Source of the DNA: Octopus vulgaris
Taxonomy: Eukaryota
Assembly (NCBI GenBank): GCA_951406725.2
Contig: OX597830.1
Location: 72,912,001-72,976,000, forward strand
Direction of reading: 5' to 3'
DNA: 64,000 nucleotides
The notes beneath the pieces are model-generated. The model was given only the letters and a program-made list of their open reading frames with translations, had not been told where the DNA came from and made no database searches. Below, piece after piece: positions 13,879 to 27,571 of the stretch. How positions within the stretch are numbered: position 1 is the stretch's first letter; every line of letters begins with the position of its first letter. The translations under genes and the position numbers were made by a program.

Positions 13879-15959
13879 TGTATATATATGTATATATATG
13901 ACGGGCTTCGTTCAGTTTCCTCGCATCTAATGCACCCACAATGCTTTGGTCGGCTCGTGGCTATAAATCATACACTATATGATCGGAGTGACTTTTCTCT
14001 GGAAACAAATATGATGGCCGATGTACAGAATATCAGATAAATTCGGGACACATTATCGTTATTAGAATGTTTTGATCTTAAATGTGCCTGATCAGGGTTA
14101 ACCTGGAGTTAAACAGCAACAACCACAATAACACAAACTCTAAGGGCAAGAAAAACAGCAATCAAACTGAAAACGTCATGGTATGAAATGATATTTTGTC
14201 AGGCATATCGTCCTCTGCTCTACCCGTCTTCTTTCAAACTCGCTGCCCTTAATAATCTAAAAAATAATGATATTTCTTACCCCCTATTCCTTTATTACGC
14301 TTGCTGCAAGTGGACACTATATAAATATAGTTACCTTCTTCATATCAGATACGACGGACGAAAACTTTAAAGATATGAATCGTTGTATATAATTTAAGAT
14401 CTCGGTTCCAGATAAAACCCATTTTCTCAAACAGTTCGATTGAAGAGAGTAAGACTAAGAAGCATGGCGTAAAATAACATACGTTCACACACAATCGGAC
14501 GGACATTTTGTAACGAAAATAAGCAATTAAACTGTAAGGAAGGCGCCATTTTAAACGCTTTCTATAAGCCATATGTCTCTGTTCTCCAATATCACTTTAG
14601 TATTTCTGCTAGTTTATCTTCTTTCTGATTCATTCCACGTTGTTAGTTTTTTTTTTAATGAATCACAGGGGTTTAGAGAGCTTCTTAACTGAACGTCTAT
14701 AAGTGTGTCTCACTGTAAAAGCATATTTGTCTCAGTGTTGTAAGAAAAGGAAATACAATGAGGGAGAATGACTGAGAGTGGAGACAGAATGTGAGACGTG
14801 AGGCTATAATTCTTGAGTAGAATACTTGAAATATATCACAAAATATAAGGAAAGTTTCTGGAATCGGCAAATGTTGAAAAAAATTTGTCTAAATGTACCA
14901 GTAATTCGTATTATTTTTCAAGATGTGAAATACTGGAGTATGTATATATTCAAATAGCGAAGAAATTCTGAAAATTTTTTTTGACTGTTTAGAGGGTAAT
15001 TTTACTGATATCATAGCGATTCTAAGCATGCGGTTCACTCAGCCGACATCCTTTTACTGACTCAAACGTAATGTTTTTTCATAATACTTCACCAAAAAAA
15101 TAAAGCTCCGTGTTCGAGCCAAGAGTTCGAACGGCATGAGATTTAGAATTTCCTACAGGGAAACTGGCCATAAGAGGAAGCACTTATATTTTATGCGTAA
15201 TCTGGTTCCACTGTGACAACACTGCTACTTCAAAGATTTCTCAATAGACCCTGTAGTTCCCTTTTCAAACCATATTTCAACCGAAATACACAGTCGGGGT
15301 TTCAATTAAATTTTAATATAGCAAAGAACTTAGCAAAATAACGTCACTTTAAGCTGATATTTCAAATGAGGAATTTTATATTACAGAACTAGTGACGTTC
15401 TCAGGCGGGTCGGTATCAAAAGCTTTAAATGCAGTGAGATAGGATATTAACAACTATCAATCGAAACCTGTGCACAGATTCTATTTGCAGGTGTTCGCTA
15501 GCTTTAGTTCTGTTGAAAATGCTAATTGCATATTTAAAATTTTTAAACATCTACTTAATTATGAATTATGACTTAAACTTCAAAGGTACAAAAGAAATTA
15601 GTTATGATTTGCATAAAGATTTAATTTTTTAATTTTTTTTTTATTTACACACACGGACTTACACGTTTCAACGAAGGCAAAACTGAAAGTAGATTAAAGT
15701 TTGGATAAGCTGTCACTGCTGATGTCAGATTAGGTGAGAGAGAAATTGAAATTATGAAGCCAGATGTTACTAGAAAATAAATATGTATACTTGGGTATAT
15801 ATTGTGTTCCTTGGTAGATATCAAAATGGCAGCATAACATATAGAAATGACACACAAATCATATAAGAAGACATGTATTTATTGTAAAGGTACATGAGAC
15901 AAAAATATATCTACAGTGTAAAGATGTGTATATACATACATACATACATGTGTGTGTGT

Positions 15960-16020
<61 letters not shown>

Positions 16021-16214
16021 TGCTTTTGTGTCTGTGTCATTTACTCGGCAGAAGTTAGAAAGTGACTCAAGGGCCCAAAGTTTCATTTATTGCACTTGTA
16101 CGTTCGGCCATTGATAGACTTTTTAACTTTTGCAAATTAAATGCAAATAAGTATTTACTCATGTCTTGAATTATATATATACTTTCTTAAAAAGCAGCAA
16201 AAATATTACAAAAA

Positions 16215-16252
16215 CTGTTACTCAGAGTTTCACGTTCCCGTTCGTCGGCCAG
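16215..16252 (-). ncRNA. Minimal hammerhead-like motif (CCGACGA core) in the left arm of the same fold-back element
   Basis: Reverse complement ctgg-CCGACGA-acg(ggaa)cgt-GAAA-ctc(t)gag-TA-acag. Confidence 0.6.
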
Positions 16253-16267
16253 TTTTTCTAAACAAAA

Positions 16268-16305
16268 CTATTCGACGATCGAGGACGTGAAACTCTGAGT
16301 AATAG
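16268..16305 (+). ncRNA. Minimal hammerhead-like motif (variant core) in the right arm of a fold-back element
   Basis: ctat-TCGACGA-tcg(agga)cgt-GAAA-ctc(t)gag-TA-atag; stem I ctat/atag; AATAAA at 16331. Confidence 0.55.
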
Positions 16306-16586
16306 ATTTTGTAATATTTTACTACTTTTAAATAAAGCATATTACTCTACCTCTGGTATTCGAATACTATTTTTTCTACCTTGCTTCGCACTTATATGCT
16401 TACTCTTGTGTATATATATATATATGTGTGTGTGTGAGTGGAGAGAGAGAGAGGGGGGGAGAGAGAGAGAGTGAGAGAGAGAGAGAAAGAGAGATTGATA
16501 AATAGATTAGTAGATAGATAAACAGACAGCCAGAGAGATAGATAGATACATACATACATACATACATACATACATACATACATACA

Positions 16587-16617
<31 letters not shown>

Positions 16618-16972
16618 GGGGAGCAGAAACCGCAGAAACACACTTCCGCATATACACAGAGGGCGAAGGAAAGAGAGAGTGAAAATTTTCTTATTACACA
16701 TAAACGTAAATGTGCCTCGTAAAAGAACTTTTTTCTGGTATCCTCCATGGTATTTCAAAAGACAGGTTGAATTTTCAGAGACATTATTTTTTAGGGAGAA
16801 TATTTTAAAATGGAAGTATTGTTAGACATTCAGATGCGTAAAATAGTGTTTCAGGTTTAAATCCCAACCTACTCCTTAGGATCAAAGACAAAAATATTGT
16901 TGACCAAATACGTATATTTGTTTTGCACCTGTTGATTTTGTTGCCTATGATCATATTTTACACATAGGTGAA

Positions 16973-17133
16973 AGAGTGGCTTTGTGGTAAGAAGCTTGCT
17001 TCCCAACCACATGGTTCCGGGTTCAGTCCTACTGCGTGGCACCTTGGGCAAGTGTCTTCTGCTATAGCCTCGGGCCGACCAAACCCTTGTGAGTGGATTT
17101 GGTAGACGGAAACTGAAAGAAGCCCGTCGTATA

Positions 17134-17169
<36 letters not shown>

Positions 17170-17427
17170 TGTATGTATGTATGTATGTATGTATATATAT
17201 GTATGTATGCGTTTGTTGTTTGTGTCTGTGTTTGTCCCCGCACCATAGCTTGACAACCGATGCTGGTGTGTCTATATCCCCGTCACTTAGCGGTTCAGTA
17301 AAAAGAAACCGATAGAATTAGTACTAGGCTTACAAAGAATAAGTCCTGGTGTCGATTTTATTCTACTAAAGGTGGTGCTCGAGCATGACCGCAGTCAAAT
17401 GACTGAAACAAGCAAAAGAGTAAAAGA
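16973..17427 (+). mobile_element. SINE family A copy
   Basis: Match to 3765-4160 with an expanded (TATG)n interior. Confidence 0.85.
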
Positions 17428-18333
17428 TATATTAATAGAGGTAATTCGCTTTACGAATCTCACATTTATGTTTTTACTTCTATATTATATTAAACCCGCT
17501 AATCTATAGTATTTATAACAATAAATTTATAATATACCCAATGAATATATGCTAAAGAATGCCGGTGATTGGTTAGGGTGTTACACTTAAAATCATTGAG
17601 GTTCCAATACTTGGACTGAGTTATAATGCTATGTGCCTCTGACCGAGCACTTCAGTTGACGTGGCTCCTCTCTCTCAAGCTATCGAAGTTGCAGTGATTC
17701 GAGAGCGGATCGGCTATGTCTGCACACGTCTACGAAGGCAAGTAGAGCAACTACCGAAATCACGACAGAAGTTATCATGTACTCGATTATTGTCACAGTT
17801 AATCTAATATGCATATGCACACACATATGTATGCATATATTATAATCTATCAAACATATATATACAATTCAAAATTACTTCATTTGAATTTGATACCATA
17901 AATATTGTTACATTATGCAACAATATACAAGATTATTGATTCATGATGTGTCATTGTAATGACACGTGCCAAATTAGGCTCTTAAGAAATATGCATAATT
18001 GTTCTTATTCATAATTGTAACAGTACACCTTTTATATACGGTCATGGACTGGCGATTCGATTGGTCCTTGGATCGATTCGAGTGCGTGATGTTGATAAGC
18101 CACAAAAATGGCAACCTATCGTATCCATCACTCTTGAATGCGATTGGAGACGTGTTGTCTCGCTTGTCTATACGTTTCATATGTTTTAACAGCCAGCATA
18201 CTGAGGGAGTCGTCCCTCGAGGCGCTTAACCACCGCGAACGGTTAACCACCGCAAAACATATATTAAGTATGTGCGATCGATAATATGTATTTATATTCA
18301 TATATTTAAATAAATACATACATATATGTGTAT

Positions 18334-18363
<30 letters not shown>

Positions 18364-18366
<3 letters not shown>

Positions 18367-18593
18367 CATATTAGAGGGAAACCACTATGTAGACACCCTT
18401 ATGCTAGAAATAGATCCGCTATAGTCTTACCATTAAGAATTGTTCTCAAGAACATTCTTCTTTTGTCTTGCTCGATTACGTTTTGATTTTTATGCAAAAT
18501 TTTCTTGGGAACATTTCTTAGTGGTAAGATCATAGCGGATCTGTTTCTACTATAAGGGTGTCTACATAGTGGTTTCCCTCTAATATGTATATA
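18364..18593. repeat. Fold-back inverted repeat (about 88-bp arms) beside a TA run; MITE- or PLE-derived
   Basis: 18364-18451 is the reverse complement of 18502-18590 with few mismatches; no HHR core found. Confidence 0.7.
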
Positions 18594-18707
18594 ATACAAT
18601 TTTACTGAACCTTCAGTTTTTTTATGTGCTAGACCACTGTTAATCGATGATAATTAAATTAAATTAAAATCTAATTTCTTACCCTCATTTAAAATTTATA
18701 TACATAC

Positions 18708-18762
<55 letters not shown>

Positions 18763-18797
18763 TCAGAAAGTTGGTGTGTGAAAGCACGTGGTTGAAT

Positions 18798-19049
18798 ATA
18801 TAGAAAATTGTAAAAAGTGAAAAAACTACAGAAGGCTTGTTTTAAAAGGTTAAAATATATATATTTGAGTCATTATGTCATTGTATAATTTGAAAAGCTG
18901 AACGCAAAACCGGTCATTTCTTCAAAAACTATGTCATTGTCTGAAAAAAATTTATAATATTCTTCTGACATAATGACTCAAATATATATTTTTTAACCTT
19001 TTAAAACAAGCCTTCTGTAGTTTTTTCACTTTTTACTATTTTCTATATT
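18798..19049. repeat. Fold-back inverted repeat (about 82-bp arms) with a decayed HHR-like spacer
   Basis: Arms 18798-18880 and 18966-19049; the spacer holds aat-TTGAAAA-gc(tgaac)gc-AAAA-ccgg-TC-att (18887-18918). Confidence 0.65.
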
Positions 19050-20182
19050 TATATATATATGTGTGTGTGTGTAGATATTGTTTGTGTGCCTTCGGTGCAG
19101 CAAGATTACTCAAACTAACTGAATGCTGAATGAAGTGTGTGTAATCTCATATATAGAAATTGACAGCACTTAAACAGATAACATAAATTTAGTATCAAGG
19201 TTTCGTTTCATGCGTTTCTTCGGCTGATTGTAAAGTTTCTCTGGCTCGAAGGTTAGACAACCACTCTACATGATATCGACATTATTAATATGGATTGTCG
19301 GCTAATGTGCATTATACGACAAATGAGTGTCCCGTGTACACTTCCGAAGTAATTTCGGGTGGAGTGGGGGAGCATTTCTCGGTAAGACTAAATTACCTTG
19401 GCGTTTGCGATCGGCAAATTGCACTTCCCGCTAATTGGTCAGAGGATGAGCGGCAGCACCAAAATCCTTTTCAAGGTCTTCAAGACATTTGAGTCGAGAA
19501 GAGGGACAATATCATCAGAGATCTGTGCCGAATACTTCCAGTTGAGCTGACTGCATAAAAGGAACTCAAGGTCCAAGGGATGGTACTGAATTGGGGTGCT
19601 GATTAAAAGTGCAGTATTTTTTTGAGGACAGGAGTAACATTGCTTTGGCCATTATGAAAGGATTGTTGAATATCGAATACTGCCCATCACATGCTTTTGA
19701 TCGTTGAAAATATACCTCGATTTCCACAGGTGCTTTGAGAGAGCTGTAGTGTGAACAAATACTACGGAATATATGTTTCAGAGAAAGAGAGGTGGGAGAG
19801 GAAAAGAGGAAGAGATAGACAGAGAATAAGACAGATGGAGAAAGAGAGAGAGATGAGCAAGTGTAAGAGCGCGTGAGTTTGTGAGTATGTCTGAATGTCT
19901 GTATTTGAATGTGAATGTTAATTGCAAGAAATTTGTATTGCTAATGAAAGGAATTGCTAGTAATGATTTCCTTTGAGGCATATCTCTTAAATATTTTCTA
20001 CACATCTTACACATACACAAATGTGGCTTAAACACACAAACTAATACACACATATGCGCACATAATCGTTTAATAAATGTATAACTCTCTCTCTTTATAT
20101 ATGTACACATATATATATGTGTGTACATATATATATATAGATAGAAAGATAGATAGATATAGATATAGATATATATGTATAT

Positions 20183-20260
<78 letters not shown>

Positions 20261-20327
20261 GCTTACATATATATATATGTAATGTTCTTTATTAAATTAT
20301 TTTAGCAGTTTCTATCTTGACTTGTTT

Positions 20328-20380
<53 letters not shown>

Positions 20381-20433
20381 TAACGTTTGTTGTTATCTTA
20401 AAATATTATACAGCTTTACACACACGCACACAT

Positions 20434-20485
<52 letters not shown>

Positions 20486-21201
20486 TTTTGTGTGTGTTTG
20501 TGTGTGTTTGTGCGTGAGTATGTGTGCGTACACGCGTGTATGTGTATGTATTACAAAATTGTACTCTGGAGAGTTACGTGCGTGCTCCTTATGCGCATTT
20601 ATTTCATAGTCAATAGATTTTCTGAACATTAGCAGACGGGCGCGCGCACACGCACACATACGCTCACACATGCTTATAGTATGTGTGAGTGTGGGTGTGA
20701 GGTGCTGAGAGAGATAGAGATAGACAGAGAGAGTGAGAGAGAGTGTGTGTGTGAGTGAGGTGAGTCGGTACTTTGCTCCAAAGTATATGAAAGTTAGATG
20801 ACAAGTGCGATCGGATCGGTAAATCATTTAAAAATATACCTTGTTTTATTACGAAACATGTGTATATATATAAATACATGCATACATATATATATATAAA
20901 GAGAGAGAGAGAGAGACAGACGGACAGAGAAAAAGAAATGCATGATATGTATGTGTGTGTGCGCGTGCGTGTTCGAATATAATCATACCTACAAACGTAC
21001 ATACATAACATAAGGTTACATATATTTGTTAAATATTTCGTATATTGAAGAAGTATCCAATAAATCAGGGTAGTACTCAATGTTTCATAGATGCAAAGTC
21101 AACATTTCTTTTTACTTACCAGGTGACGCCAGGCATCTGTAGTGCGTTTCAAATAATTCTTGAGGGTATGAAAGACATTATCTGTTGCTTAAATGATGCT
21201 A

Positions 21202-21268
<67 letters not shown>

Positions 21269-21409
21269 CGTATACCTACGTGTTGTAGGAGTGAGTCTAT
21301 ATGTGTGTGTGTGTGTCTTTGCATTCTACAGCAACATAAAATATTAAAGTCAAAACATTACAGATTCTACTACTTCCGCGCTATATATTATATACAGAAT
21401 ATGTATATA

Positions 21410-22093
21410 GGCGCAGGTGTGGCTTTAAGGTAAGAAGCTTGCTTCCCAACCACATAGTTCCACGTTCAGTCTCGGGTGACTGTCTTTTACTATAGCTTCG
21501 AGCGTGGAGGCGCAATGACCCAGTGGTTAGGGCAGCGGACTCGCGGTCATAGGATCGCGGTTTCGATTCCCAGACCGGGCGTTGTGAGTGTTTATTGAGC
21601 GAAAACACCTAAATCTCCACTTCCTGTTTCTGTTGTACCTGTATTCCAAAGGGCCGGCCTTGTCACTCTCTGTGTCACGCTGAATATCCCCGAGAACTAC
21701 GTTAAGGGTACACGTGTCTGTGGAGTGCTCAGCCACTTACACGTTAATTTCACGAGCAGGCTGTTCCGTTGATTCGGATCAACCGGAACCCTCGTCGTCG
21801 TAACCGACGGAGTGCTTCCATCCCATAGCTTCGAGCCTTCTGAGTGGATTTGGTAAACGGAAACTGAAAGAAGCCTGTCGTATATGTATATATACATATA
21901 TTTTGTGTGTGTTTTGTCCATCCCCACCATCATCGCTTGACAACCAATGTTAGTGTGTTTACATACCCATAACCCAGCGGTTTGGCAAAAGAGTCGAACA
22001 GATTATGTACTAAGCTCACAAGAATAAGTCCTAAGGTAGATTTCCTCGATTAGAGGCAGTGCTCCAGCCAATCGACTGAAACAAGTAAAAGAA
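21410..22093 (+). mobile_element. SINE family A copy interrupted by a family B SINE
   Basis: Family A head 21410-21503 resumes at 21825. Confidence 0.75.
21505..21820 (+). mobile_element. SINE family B (internal deletion) with a 12-bp TSD
   Basis: TSD atagcttcgagc at 21492-21503 and 21825-21836. Confidence 0.85.
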
Positions 22094-22311
22094 TGTACGA
22101 GGGCCTGCCGAATGGTCTTAAGAAAATTGAGAAAGGCCTGGTTCGAGGCCAGCGCTCCGAGCCTTTTAAAGTGCTTAGAAAAACTAAACGACCGCTGCAA
22201 CAAATGTATGAATCTGAGAGGCAATTGCGTTCAATAAAATTGATATTCCTGTATTTTCTTTTACACATATCCAGAGACTTTTCAGCACGCTTTCTTATAT
22301 AATGCATAGGG

Positions 22312-22357
<46 letters not shown>

Positions 22358-22807
22358 GCGTGTGTGTGTGTGCGTGTGTGTGTGTGTGCGTGTGTGTGTG
22401 TGTGTTTGATCTTATATTTGTTTCATTCATTGGACTGCGACCAAGTTGTAGCACCGCCTCGCAGTGTTTAGTCGAGCAGATGACCCCAGCTATTACTTTT
22501 CAAGCCTAGTTATTATTCCATCGGAGACTTTTTGCGGAACCGCTAGACGATGTAACCGCTAGAGGATGTAACCAATCCACCACCAGATGGAGGAACAAAT
22601 ACACATAAATACATTCATACATATATCTATATATTTATTTATATATATATATATATATGTGTGCCACACACAAACACACACACGCGCACATATGTATATA
22701 TTATTAATTAACAGGAGATGGTTTCAGCATTAAATCTTTATTGGGGGCAACAAAAGCTCGTACGATGTCTTCGACGGGAAAGTCCATCATATATACGTAT
22801 ATATATA

Positions 22808-22870
<63 letters not shown>

Positions 22871-23622
22871 TGTGTGTGTGTATGTATGCACATGCACACA
22901 CACATATACGTACATATATGTGTGTGTTTTTGAGCGTGCAAAGTTGTGGCTGAATAAGTAGTGTACGTAGAATAGAAACACTGTATCGAATGTGTATTTA
23001 CTAATTAATATCGGAACATATTTTAACGCTATGGCGGCTAAATACCGTCGAAAATATGGCGAATGTTATATAAAATATGGCGAATGGTGAGCTGTCCGCT
23101 GAAAACCTGGCACCTCCCAAGTGGTTCTTAGAAATTTGTCAAGGCATCGATCGATCATTGTTAATGTTCAATATTGGTTGTAGAGTGACACGTAGATACG
23201 CCCCGCCACGGCCAACACCGCTCACGGGCGCATACGCAGTATGACAAAAACAAAATGCATGCGCACGCATAAGACTAGTCTTTCAGTTCACCATAACTCA
23301 TCCATCATCGTGGACAACGGCAGAGTTAATATATAAGAAGGCAGAACAAGATGGAAGAAGTACAATTCATAAACGCTACCTCCTGCTGTTCCGACATTTA
23401 AGTGCAACAGCTGTGGTGAGCTCAGGGCTGGTCCTCGTGGACCAACCACTGGACGAACAGCAAAATGCCTTCGGGAGAGGCAGGGACGATGTCAGTTTTA
23501 TTCCTTTTTCCTTTCTTTCGGTTCAATATTTTTCTGCAGCTTCATAATATGTTAATAATATTGACGCATGTGTGTGAGCGCGCCTGCATATTCATATGAT
23601 TACATATGTATATATATATACA

Positions 23623-23662
<40 letters not shown>

Positions 23663-23692
23663 GGTGTATATATATATATACATATACACAAT

Positions 23693-23770
<78 letters not shown>

Positions 23771-23925
23771 CTAATGTACATTATTTAGATTAAAGCTCAT
23801 GATAGTTTCATGCCATGGAGACACGATAATATGGTAGACTATCGTGGATCTATTTCATGAAACTATTAGTAACACCCATTTAAGTACCGTCTAAATTAAC
23901 TATTTCTATCTATCTATCTCTCAAT

Positions 23926-23965
<40 letters not shown>

Positions 23966-24234
23966 GTATATATAAACATCTGAGAAACTGGAAAAAGGCT
24001 GTGAATAAATATATACACTTATATCTTTCATCTTTCATTATTTACTTGTGTCTGTCACTCGGATGCGGCTGTGCTGGGGCACCACTTTGAATGATTTAGT
24101 TGAATGAACTGAGCCGAGTACTTACATTTTAAGCATGATAGTAATTCTAACGGACATTTTAATGAATCGCTAAACGAACTAGAATTGTTTGCCAATCAGT
24201 GATGAGGGATAAGCGCAGAGACAGAGACACACAA

Positions 24235-24302
<68 letters not shown>

Positions 24303-24303
24303 T

Positions 24304-24507
24304 AAGACGGTGAGCTGCCAGAATCGTTAGCACGCCGGGCGAAATGCGTAGCCGTATTTCGTCTGCCGTTACGTTCTGAGATCAAATTCCGCCGAGGTTG
24401 ACCTTACCTTTCATCCTTTCGGGTTCGATTAAATAAGTACCAGTTACGCACTGGGGTCGATGTTTGTCCTCTCTATGTTTAGCCCCTTTGTGGGCAATAA
24501 AGAAATA
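24304..24507 (+). mobile_element. SINE family C
   Basis: ggtgagctg...gttagcacgcc head and ccgccgaggt...cctttcatcctttcggg core; nested in an old family A copy (~24040-24685). Confidence 0.75.
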
Positions 24508-25763
24508 ACAAACACATACACACACACACTCACACATTTACGACGGGCTTCTTTAAGTTTTTATTTACCAAATACACTCACACGGACCAGAGTTACTATA
24601 GAACATACCTGATTAAATAGTTACAGAATCGGACTGGATCCTGAAAACACATGGTTGCGTAGTGAACTGCTTAACCACACAGAAACGGCTTGTGTCTAAG
24701 CGCCTCAGAAGTCAGGAAAGGCTCTAGCTTAACATACCTATTAGATCAATACAGTCTCTATCCTTATTTTTCCTGGATCTCGGGAATACATTATTTAACA
24801 CATTATATAATAGCCTGGCTCTCCGTCAGTTCTGATGTCGAGTGTCACTGTTGATACGATCAATGGAACAGCCTGTTCGTGAAGTTAACATCCAAGTGGA
24901 TGAGCATTTCATGGACACATGTTGACCCTTACAATACTTATCAGCGTGACACAGAATGTTACAAGACTGTCTCTTTTGAATTAAAGGTACAACTCCTTTT
25001 TGCCAGCGGAGTGGCCTGAATCAAATACATCCATTCATTATTATCTTTAACGACAGACTGTGACTTCAGTGAAACTTAGTTACCATTTCTAGAAGATAGT
25101 GATATCATATACTGGTATCTTTGCCGGATTATATTTCTGGATGATTTTACAAAGAAAGGGTTTGAATAAATGAGTTTTTTTTTTTCAACAAATACTGATT
25201 CCATTCATTGGACAATAAACCTACAACACTCTGGTCAAAATGATCATTACATACGTAGTTATTTTGCCGGTAGGACATAATTAGCAGGTTAAATGTCTAT
25301 TTTTCTTTTACACTTCTTGTGTAATTTTTGTTTTTGTTTTGCCCGATGATCTTGTTGTTGTTGCTTTCTTTGAGTTAATGAATATTTTTTGCCTCATTAA
25401 ATGAGAAAATGAAGGAGCAAAGGTTGTCGAGTTGGCGTGTTTTGAGTTAGTTACTTATCTGTTTCGTGTCCAGTTCATTACACACAGCCTATCAAGAGAG
25501 ACTCTCACGATTAGACACACAACACGCACACAAGCACAGCAACACATACACATAGATACAAGCTTATTCACCTACACTGACAGGTGTATATGCACACATA
25601 CAAATGTATATAATATATATATTTATATATATATATGTATATATGTTTATATATATATATAATATATGTATGTATATATAATATATATATATGTATACAT
25701 ACATACATACATATGTATATAATATATGTATACATATGTATATAATATATATGTATATATATA

Positions 25764-25794
<31 letters not shown>

Positions 25795-26526
25795 TAGCGT
25801 ATGGCTGAAAAACTAGCCCATGGTGTCATGTCTCAAATGTATTATTTCTACTTACTGGAGATTTTCTCATATGCAAGTTCAAACACGCGTGCGCAGGAGC
25901 GCGTATTTAGCAAAAAAAATAAAAACACAAACACACACACACGCACATACGCAATCATATAGGTATGCTACTTACTTTTAATTAACTGTTTTAGCTTGTG
26001 CGTGTCTATGCAAAAGGGCATGTGTGTGTGTGAGAGAGAGAGAGAGCGTATGTGTATGTGTCTGTGTGTGTGTGTGTGCCACATTGCATGTGCATAAGTA
26101 AACGTTTGCTAGTTTCACCGACTCCATATAGTAGTAGGAGGAGGAGGAGGGGTACGGGAGGGGGATAGGATAGTCTAGCGTTTAGCTAATCGTGCCAACC
26201 AGAAATAAATCAGTTTCTTTCTTTGTATAAATAATTGTAGTTAGGTTTGTTACCTGTATTAATGAAAGGGCAAGAAAACTTTTTCTTTCTGTGGTCTCAA
26301 GTTTCGAAATTTGATAGTGACTTTTTATTAGTTGGAAGTGGACAATTGTTTCTTCTTAAGTCAAACGAATTCTCAGAAACTTTTTTTTTTTCTTTTATTT
26401 CTTAAATTTATCTTACAACTTTCGAAACGGACAAAATATGAGAACGAATCTCTATATCAACAGTCGAAAAACACCTCACACCCTTCCATAAAAATTTAGA
26501 TCCTCTCTCTTTTTAATATTTTTACT

Positions 26527-26935
26527 AAGGCGGTGAGCGGGCAGAAACGTTAGCACGCTGAGTGAAATGCTTAGCAGTATTTCGTCTGCCGCTGCGTTCT
26601 GAGTTCATATTCCGCCGAGGTCGACTTTGCCTTTCATTCTTTCGGGGGTCTATTAAATAAGTACCATTTACGCACTGGGGTCGATATAATCGACTTAATC
26701 CCTTTGTCTGTCCTTGTTTGTCCTCTCTGTGTTTAGCCCCTTGTGAGTAGTAAAGAAATAGAAATAGGTATTATGTCTGCCGCTACGTTCAGAGTTCAAA
26801 TTCCGTCGAGGTCGACTTTGCCTTTCATCTTTTCGTGGTCGATAAATTAAGTACCAGTTGTGTACTGGGGTCAATCTAATCGACTGGCCCCTTCCCCAAA
26901 AAAATTTCGGGCATTGTGCCTAGTGTAGAAAAGAA
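26527..26935 (+). mobile_element. Tandem or nested pair of SINE family C
   Basis: Two successive cores (26610-26680 and 26800-26880) with different tails. Confidence 0.75.
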
Positions 26936-27547
26936 TATTTTTACTATCTTTTACTCGTTGCAGTCATAGGACTGCGGCCAGGCTGGAGCGCTGCTTTAAA
27001 GTGTTTAGTCGAAAAAATCGTTCACTTACGAGACTATCTCTACATATATATTTAACTGAATGAATCCTGTATTCAAATTAAGAGCTAGAAATAGTTTCGT
27101 GGACTTCCATAGCCGTTCGTAGTTTTAAAAAATACTATTATATTTTTATAATTACGTATTATTGTATAAGATTTTCTGATATATTTTGTGTATTATAGAA
27201 GTTTATCTAATTTAACGCGAATTAATTATCAAAAAAAAAAACTTCCATGGACATTCAAGGGTTATATGGACTCTTCTTGAACACCGCTGGTCTATACTAT
27301 AACATTTGATGAGACCTAAACGTAAAACGGAATCAAAATTTATATCAGACTTTATATCAGATATTTGACAGCTAGAATATATCAGTCTCCCTCAAAATCA
27401 CATTATACCCTCATAGGAATAAAAAATTAATGAGAGACAGGGTAGAAATTGGTGTCGTATGTATTGTGTTGTTTAACTCAGTCTTTTTTCCCTAACCCTT
27501 AATTTAATCTATTTTTATATTTTGTTAATTATTAATAGTTCAAATGT

Positions 27548-27571
27548 GTTTTCTTTTCTTTCTAATTCAAG
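27548..27571 (+). promoter_or_regulatory. 3' splice acceptor of the Lox2 homeobox exon
   Basis: gttttcttttctttctaattcaAG directly before the conserved GPNSNQ linker; the ORF-track ATG at 27544 is intronic. Confidence 0.8.

Larger units (their letters stand above)
16180..16410 (+). mobile_element. Fold-back PLE-like element (inverted arm + direct arm + tail) between TA runs
   Basis: Arms ~16180-16256 and ~16264-16340, tail 16341-16410; HHR-like motif in both arms. Confidence 0.65.

Noticed and set aside
15248-15266. accctgtagttccc resembles the miR-10/miR-993 seed region expected near Hox genes
   Set aside because: The match ends after ~13 nt and there is no downstream star arm; the complementary ctacaggg lies ~100 bp upstream.
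21115-21200. Short gypsy-RT-like peptide (PGI...ILEGMKDIICCLND)
   Set aside because: Too short and degenerate to call.
21505-21580. tRNA-like cloverleaf sequences at SINE heads
   Set aside because: They run on into multi-copy SINE bodies with TSDs; not functional tRNA genes.
27544-27571. ATG-initiated N-terminus MCFLFFLIQ of the homeobox ORF
   Set aside because: It is the intronic polypyrimidine tract before the splice acceptor.
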